The position numbers and the translations under genes are program-made. A stretch of 64,000 nt of DNA from Schizochytrium sp. TIO01. Taxonomy: Eukaryota > Protista > Bigyra: Labyrinthulomycetes. Below the pieces are notes generated by a model, which saw only the letters and a program-made list of their open reading frames with translations, was not told the origin of the DNA and ran no database searches. Below, piece after piece: positions 57,248-64,000 of the stretch. Within the stretch, counting starts at the first letter, position 1. Every line of letters starts with the position of its first letter. The stretch covers positions 372,001-436,000 of the forward strand of contig SMSO01000004.1 in NCBI GenBank assembly GCA_004764695.1, given 5' to 3'.

Positions 57248-59677
57248 ATATCGCTCTCGTAATACTAACTTGCACATAATGTTTGCTGTAGCGAGTGCTT
57301 CAAGAACAACTGTAGGTACTTATATCAAAGTCGAGGCTGTGAAAAGAAGGCCAGCTTCAGAATTTCTATACAACCAGCCGGATAAGCTTAGTTAACAGGG
57401 TATGCGTTTTGTTTCAGACGGCATTTCCGAGATCCTGACCAATAAGCTTGGCTCGTATAAGAATTCTTTCTTAAGGTACCCGCTTTCAACAACTCCCACC
57501 TTCATAAACACACGTACCAATAAGTTTTCTATCTCGTAATCTAAATTTAACACGTACTTAGGTGTCGTCAAGATACCCATTATGGGCAATGCGTGAGAAA
57601 ATTCGCGATAAGCTCCATCCAACAAATCTGCCTCATTCGTACCTGAATTCACGGTTATTTGAATTTCCAATTGTCAACGAAGAGCCAGAGTCATTAGCAA
57701 ACTGCTTAGTAACTTAGGGAAAGAGAGAAAGCATTATGTTGCATATAGAAATAGCCTAGTTAGTTCTCCTTCTTCTTCTTCTTCGAAAACAACTAGGTGT
57801 GTATATACATATATAATATAGGTGTTTTTCCAAGTAAGTAGAGGGATTATTGGAGTAGCCCCTGAAATGTGAGATACTTCAGATTAGAAAGGTTGTATGG
57901 AGTTCAAACTGCACTAGGTTGATTTGGAAACATGAAGTCCAAACCACGCTCCGAATACAACGGTCGGAGCTGGCCATGCGTCGCGTCGACTTGGTTGGAT
58001 CTTGGAGTTGTGAGTAACACCTCTCTTCTAGGTGGCTTGTTTTAACCATGAAAAGAATAAATTCATTGGCACCTACTATTGTCTTGTCTTTCGTTACAAT
58101 TCATGCTTCCCTGCTTATTATTAGTGGGTGTATGATATCTTTGTGCACAATTTTGTTCCAGAAGAAATGGGAGCGTCAATTGTAGTAATACGCCCCGTGT
58201 TCAGAAGAGCATTTTTGAAGGTTTAATTGATCGCGGCTCCGTGAGGAATGGATCGAGTTAGTCTTTAATTTTCTTTAGCTCTCGGAAAATTTACAAACTG
58301 TGTTAAATTGATTCCACTCGGTGCTTCGCTCTCTGCAAAAGAGGTGCTTCGACTTGTAGATGGCAACGCTCCAAATTTGCGGCCTGTTTGAAGTCATCCA
58401 TATAACATTTTAGTAGGTACGAGGGAAGTGTTGTCAGCGAAATTCCCAGACATAAACTAAAACATTTTTTTCAATTTCATTCTTTAAAATTATAGAGCGG
58501 AAGTACTTTCCAGCAAAACTTTACCAGCACAATCATGTGTCATTGTCGTATATTGGTTTGTCAATTCATTCAATTTGCTTTAGATTGCGTTAGTTTTAAT
58601 CAAGGGATGATCTTTACTCGCACGCAAAGTAAGTGCGGATTAACTGCGAGTCCTGAGGCCCGCAAGATCGCACAGAGGAAACTGCACCTCAATTCGATCA
58701 TTTTAAATGCGTCCTTTGAGCCGTGGTCCACAATCGTCCGAGCCGCTCACCTACTGTGCCATGATGGCAGGTTTACTTACCTCCGACAATGAAGTCGCCC
58801 TTGTCCTGCAAAGGCGCTCTTCTTCCTCTCTCGTTTCTTGTGTTTCCGAAAGTAAAATCCAGCGGCAAATCGTTCCTGGTCGCCACGCTGTCATGATAAG
58901 CTCTTCTTTTTGGAGCCCTTGAGCAGCTTTGGCGTTGAACTTCTGATAACGTCTGAGGTGGATGAACAGTGAACCACAATTATCCTGCCTTCCGGAGTCT
59001 TCCCTTTGTACACGTGCAGGCCACGCTGCGCGGGGCCCCGTTCCCTCCTAAAGATATCCCCACAGTCATCCCCACATCGTCTTTGCGGATGCTGCGCACA
59101 GTTGCCTTATATACCCCCTATATATAGGAATTCCATTAGCAGTCAGGGGTTATTAAAGAGCCTTTTCAGGTCGGAGCGATCGAAGCGAAGCCTGTTCTTG
59201 GCATCACGGTTGGATCGATGAGGCACCAGTCAAGCGCGACCCTCGTGTTCCTCCCACTTCAATCTCAGGCAAACCGAGGATATCCTGGAATGCGCCTTCT
59301 GCGTCCAGTATCGCTGTAAGCATTGCGGCGTCCATGGGAATGCACGACGCTCATGCGCAGCACGTCATTCGAAGCGAACTTGAAGCGCACCGAAGTCCCT
59401 AGATGCTTCCTATCCAGGCTCATTCTGCCAAGACTCTTCTTAGGACCAGAGTTTGACTTCTTCTTTCCGGACTGCTCACGAGCATAATAATTTATAGCAT
59501 AATATACATACGGAGGAACGTAAAGCTTTCTTGTTTTCTTTCTTTCTTTCTTTCACCGTGAGCTTCGAAGCAGCGCGAGCTCGAGCTCTTCGGGTTCCCT
59601 CCAAGAAATGTCTTTCTGATGCGCTAGCCTAGAACCTTTTCACGCTCAAGCCAAGCCAAGTTTCTGGCGGCACTTGG

Positions 59678-59755
59678 CAAACAAACAAGCAAACAAACAA
59701 ATTGAAACAAACAAACAAAACAAAACAAAATAAAACAAACAAACAAAACAAACAA
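59678..59755. repeat. (AAAC)n/(AAAAC)n microsatellite
   Basis: Directly visible. Confidence 0.9.
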
Positions 59756-60143
59756 TCGTGTCGGCCAAAAGCACAGCAGCGTGATCGCGGGGCCTCTTGG
59801 TTCCTCCTAAGAGTTCTGTGGGCTCGCCCAGTAGCCTGCTCTGCCGTCCCGGAATTCCGACCGGCCGACACATTTAGTTCTCGCTTGCGCAGGACTTTCT
59901 CTCCTCTTGTGCACCGTTGGACGGGCAATTAATTGATCGATCGATCGATCAATCGATCGCAAGACCGACCTCGACACAGACTGTCCCATCTCTCGCTGGC
60001 TTCTGCCGTCATCGGGAGCGATATGTGGAGCGGCGTGGAAAGCGTCACGTCGAGGCTGATGGGCGGTGGTGGCGGAGAGGTAGACACAAAGCGACGCCAC
60101 GCCGTTGAGAAGCACCAACTCAGCAACACTTCAATGCATTGCC

Positions 60144-60254
60144 TTTGAGCTTGAGCTTGAGCTTGAGCTTGAGCTTGAGCTTGAGGTCGAAATTGAGCTC
60201 CTCAAGCTTGAAGTTGAAGTTGAAGTTGAAGTTGAAGTTGAAGTTGAAGTTGAA
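60144..60254. repeat. Compound (TTGAGC)n-(TTGAAG)n hexanucleotide repeat
   Basis: Directly visible. Degenerate in-phase hexamers continue to ~60385. Confidence 0.92.
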
Positions 60255-60921
60255 CTAGAGCGTGAACATGAGCTCAAACGCAGACGAGCAAACCAACCTG
60301 AAAGCTTACAAGCCAACCAGAAGCTCAAGTTGAGCTTGACGTTGAACTTGAAGTCGAAGTTGAAATCCAAGTTGAGGTTCAAGTTGGACCTCCTGAACGC
60401 AGCCTTTGCACAGACCAAAGCCCTCGAAAAGGCGAGGCGTTTCCGTCTGTTTCAAAGGTGCTGCTCCCAGTCAAAGTCAGAGTCGGCAGCAGGTTCAGCC
60501 TTTCGAGCAAGACCTCGGCGGGAGCCCGTTCCCGCACGTGCTCAGACCACTCCGCTCCACATCGATGGACTTGTCTTGTCTTGCTGCCTTCCACTCGAGC
60601 TCCAAGCTCGGTGCGAGAGATGCCTGCATGCCTGCATGCCTGCTGTCTCCATCTGCGCTTTCGAGGGCAGCTTTCGAGGGGTCTTCGGAAACCCGCGCGA
60701 GATCAGCCCCCAAAAGATCGGGAGAGGGCGCCAAAGAGTTCGAGCGTGCTGCTCCGCCTGAAGAATCGGCCGAAGGTCCCTAACGCTTCTCGAGTTCTTC
60801 ACAGAATTCCAATCTCAATTCCGAAGTACTTTTTCCTCATACAGTAAGTTTGCTTTATTATTATTATTATTATTAAAAGTTAGAATAGAAATAGAATAAG
60901 ATAAAAATGAAGAATTTCAGA

Positions 60922-60975
60922 AATAAACATGCAAATGGACAAACATGCAGATGAATAAACATGCAAATGAATAAA
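60922..60975. repeat. 16-bp tandem repeat (AATAAACATGCAAATG) x3
   Basis: Directly visible. The middle unit has three substitutions. Confidence 0.85.
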
Positions 60976-62154
60976 TGAGTGACTTAGAACCAGCTTGAGC
61001 GACGGCTGCCTACTGTAAGCTCCTGTCACTTTGTATAAAAAGGCCAAACAATCAAATCAAGGATAGAAAAGAGTTATCGTGGAAAAGCAGGAATCTTCCC
61101 GCCTTGACGTCGCGACTCCCACCTTGCCTTCTGGTCCATTTTCTGTGTCTTATATCATGCAATCCACCTCCTCTTCAAAACAATACAAACCTTACTCCCG
61201 CCACTCCCACCTGTGCTTTTCCCACCAGACCCCTCCCCTGCATCGCCCTTTAGTGGGGGTCACTCTGCACGTCCTCGCATCATCCTCTCCCCTCGCCCCA
61301 TATGTCTAGCCTGTTGTTTTCATTTCCAACCATGCCTCTCTGTCGCGCCTGCCCCTCTCGCCGAACCCGGGGCATCTTTCCTACTGTGGGAGAGTTAAGC
61401 CCCACAGCGTGTATTCCATTACTGTGCCTGGCCTCAGAGGCGCGTTCGCCGCTCGAGATTGTTCGTTCTGACCCAGCTGTCGAAAAGCGCTCTTGGTCGT
61501 CTTCCCTCTCACCAAAGCAAGCTCTTCGCCCTCCGCCAAAGCTTCGAATTACGCTTGGCTCCTTGCTCCAGGCTGCCTGCTCCCGCCTCTCCTGAGCACC
61601 TCCAGCTCCTCGCTTCATCCATCCAAGGCGGAGAGACAGCGGCAGAAAGAAAGCACAGGGAAGGAGGCAGGGAGGGAGGGAAAGAAAGAGGGGCCCTCCG
61701 GCTTCCTGTCCCGCCTTCGCACACCCTGCGTGCATGCGCGGCGTCTGGTGGCACTCGCGCCACCCTCCTGTGCTCCGCCAGAGCGACTGCAATCGTAGTA
61801 GATCGAAGAAGCTGCCGCCACCTCTGAGAGAGAGGGGCCAAGCTAAGCCAAGGCAGGGCAGGGAGGCAGCCGGCCGTGAGGTGGTGGTGGTGTGCAGGCC
61901 CTCCCTCGCCTTGGCTTGCTTGGGCGCCAGGTTCGGAGCCGCCGCAGCGGAATCGCGATCGGCCTTCGAGCGCTTCTTCTTCTGCCTGCGACGGAGAAGA
62001 GGAGGAGGGTGCGATACTGACTGACTGACTGTACTGGCGGGCGGGCGAGCCTAGAGGGCTTAGGGTATAGGTTAGGAGGGGCGGCGAAGGCGGAGGGGTG
62101 CAGGTGTACGGGACGGGGCGTATGGCGCGCTTGAGTCTTCTTTCTTTTGGGTCA

Positions 62155-62155
62155 A

Positions 62156-62230
<75 letters not shown>
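62155..62230. repeat. (AAAG)n microsatellite
   Basis: Directly visible. Shorter copies at ~5260-5284 and, in reverse, ~5560-5585. Confidence 0.95.
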
Positions 62231-62231
<1 letters not shown>

Positions 62232-62619
62232 GTAAAGAAAGAGTAAAAGAAAGAGAGAAAAGAAAGAAAGGCGATCAATCGATCGATGGGATCAATAGCT
62301 CGAGAGCTCTTTGGAAAGCGCTTTGGAGAGCTGCTTTGCACGGCCCTCCACGCGTGAAGATGGAGCTCAGGAGAGCTCGTGAAGAGGCACAGGCCCCGAG
62401 GCAGGCAGGCAGGCAGGCAGGCAGGCTGAGGCAGCCTCGCTGGAAAAGTCAAAATTCAGATTGATTTGAATCGTTGAACTTACTTGAAAATTCAGAGCTG
62501 AGAAGAACTGAGGTGTTGGAAGAAAGCGGAGGTTAGTTGATTACGTTCCAATATGAAGGAACCACTCTCTCTCTCTTTCTCTCTCTTTCTCTCTCTTTTT
62601 CTCTATTGCTCGATAGGCT

Positions 62620-62630
62620 TTGATTGATTG

Positions 62631-62692
<62 letters not shown>

Positions 62693-62710
62693 TGTTTGTT
62701 TGTTTGTTTA
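62620..62710. repeat. (GATT)n followed by (GTTT)n microsatellite
   Basis: Directly visible. Confidence 0.95.
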
Positions 62711-62885
62711 TTTATTTGTGTGTTTGTTTGGTTGAGTGATTAATTGATTGCTCACTCTAAAAGTGGTGGGAAGTGAGAGGGTAGGAAGGTACTAGGAAGG
62801 TACTACCTCGAGGCGATTCTCCGTTTGGATTGAGTAAGTTTGGAGAAGAAGAGGAATGATGAAAGAAATTCAAAAATGGCTACAG

Positions 62886-64000
62886 ATGGATCGACTGCCA
62901 GCAAATCCGAAACCGGAGTCGGCGCGATCGACACCGGCACGAATCGAAGCAGCGACTCGCCCTGCGCAGTTGGAAATGATGCACGAAGAAGACGGCCAGC
63001 CGCGCCAGGCCAAGGAGGCAGCGTACACCTCCTTGCCCATGGCCGAGGACGTGGAGGCCGCTCCTGCACGGAGATGCGAGGCCATCCGCTCCTCCACCAA
63101 GCTCCGCCGCGCCGCTGTGCTCCTTGTGGCGCTCGTGGCTGTGATTGGACTCGCCTCCGTCGCACTCTCTGGACCCCAGGACGGCCGCGGACCCCGCCAG
63201 GGCGGAGAGGACCGCGACTTTGAAGGCGATATGGATCAGAACGGCGATATGCAGCAGGCCCAGAACGGCCAGAACCACGGCTTCAAGATGAACAACAAGA
63301 TGTTCATGATGCGCCGCAGCGACGGCGAAGATGGTGACAACCAGCAACAGCAGCAGCGTGACCAGGACTTCGATGGCGTCCAGAACTGGGACGACAGTGA
63401 AGTTGAAGAGCCTGTTCAGCGCACTAAGGAAGGCCGTATTGACCTCGGAAACGTTCTCAAGGGTGACTTCGATGGTCAAGATGACGATTTTGAAGACCGC
63501 CAGCAGCAGCGTGACCAGGACTTTGGTGACTTCGAGGGTCGCCCCCAGCAGCAGCGCGGCCAGGACTTTGGCGACTTCGAGGGTCGCCCCCAGCAGCATC
63601 GCGGCCAGGACTTTGGTGACTTCGAAGGTCGCCCCCAGCAGCAGCGCGGCCAGGACTTTGGTGACTTCGAGGGTCGCCCTCAGCAGCAGCAGCAGCGTGG
63701 CCAGGGATTTGGTGACTTCGAGGGTCGCCCTCAGCAGCAGCAGCAGCGTGGCCAGGGATTTGGCGGATTCTTCGGTCGCTTCTTTGGCGAGAGCCAGCCT
63801 GAGCAAGATCAGGAGGGCCCTGGCGGCAAGCGCCCTCCCCCTCCTGGACCTCACGGCCCTCCCCCTCCTGGACCTCACGGCCCTCCCCCTCCTGGACCTC
63901 ACGGCCCTCCTCCTCCTGGACCTCACGGCCCTCCTCCTCCTGGACCTCACGGCCCTCCTCCTCCTGGACCCCACGGCCCTCCTCCTCCTGGTCCTCACGG
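62886..64000 (+). CDS. Repeat-rich membrane-anchored or secreted protein, 3'-truncated by the window edge
   Basis: Open frame of more than 1100 nt with no stop to the window end, so it is absent from the ORF track. In-frame ATGs at 62856, 62886, 62976 and 63039, so the start is uncertain. Strong C/G third-position bias. Hydrophobic segment AAVLLVALVAVIGLASVALS, then an acidic/Gln region, RGQDFGDFEGRPQQQ repeats and PPPPGPHG repeats. Confidence 0.85.
   Translation, partial: MDRLPANPKPESARSTPARIEAATRPAQLEMMHEEDGQPRQAKEAAYTSLPMAEDVEAAPARRCEAIRSSTKLRRAAVLLVALVAVIGLASVALSGPQDGRGPRQGGEDRDFEGDMDQNGDMQQAQNGQNHGFKMNNKMFMMRRSDGEDGDNQQQQQRDQDFDGVQNWDDSEVEEPVQRTKEGRIDLGNVLKGDFDGQDDDFEDRQQQRDQDFGDFEGRPQQQRGQDFGDFEGRPQQHRGQDFGDFEGRPQQQRGQDFGDFEGRPQQQQQRGQGFGDFEGRPQQQQQRGQGFGGFFGRFFGESQPEQDQEGPGGKRPPPPGPHGPPPPGPHGPPPPGPHGPPPPGPHGPPPPGPHGPPPPGPHGPPPPGPH
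63510..63765 (+). repeat. Coding tandem repeat, 45-51 nt unit, five units plus a partial, encoding RGQDFGDFEGRPQ3-5
   Basis: Directly visible. Units differ by synonymous changes, a few substitutions and CAG count. Confidence 0.95.
63834..64000 (+). repeat. Coding tandem repeat, 24-nt unit, ~7 copies to the window end, encoding PPPPGPHG
   Basis: CCTCCYCCTCCTGGACCTCACGGC units whose variation is only synonymous. Confidence 0.95.

Noticed and set aside
62880-63998. 372-aa minus-strand ORF (RRRRAVRS repeats)
   Set aside because: Antisense shadow of the plus-strand repeat gene. Synonymous variation and codon bias fit the plus frame.
63510-64000. Tandem repeats as a CRISPR array or as an amidated-peptide precursor (FE-G-R)
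   Set aside because: There are no unique spacers and the repeats are in-frame coding. Each G-R is followed by Pro, which normally blocks convertase cleavage.

Overview
Eukaryotic nuclear DNA with about 14 protein-coding genes, nearly all intronless, separated by long microsatellite-rich intergenic tracts. Gene content and style suggest a stramenopile protist, probably a thraustochytrid/labyrinthulomycete (inference only). Genes in order: UCP-like mitochondrial carrier; gamma-carbonic-anhydrase-like subunit; FAM194 + thioredoxin-like + receiver-domain protein; a small spliced SMIM4/UQCC5 gene missed by the ORF track; CENP-O; NIF3 (1-nt frameshift); DNAJC7 (1-nt frameshift in the tail); a 3R-MYB; FANCJ/BRIP1 helicase; an unconventional myosin with an unusual tail; a bHLH factor; a candidate CudA/STAT-like Ig-fold transcription factor; a PP2C-2xCNB-pseudokinase; and a repeat-rich membrane/secreted protein that runs off the right edge. 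I found no rRNA, tRNA, CRISPR array or recognisable intact mobile element. No multi-gene novel system is evident. The best leads are single-gene domain architectures (FAM194-Trx-REC, the myosin tail, the repeat protein, the CudA-like factor) and a recurrent intergenic palindrome. All family calls come from recognising motifs by eye; no searches were run.
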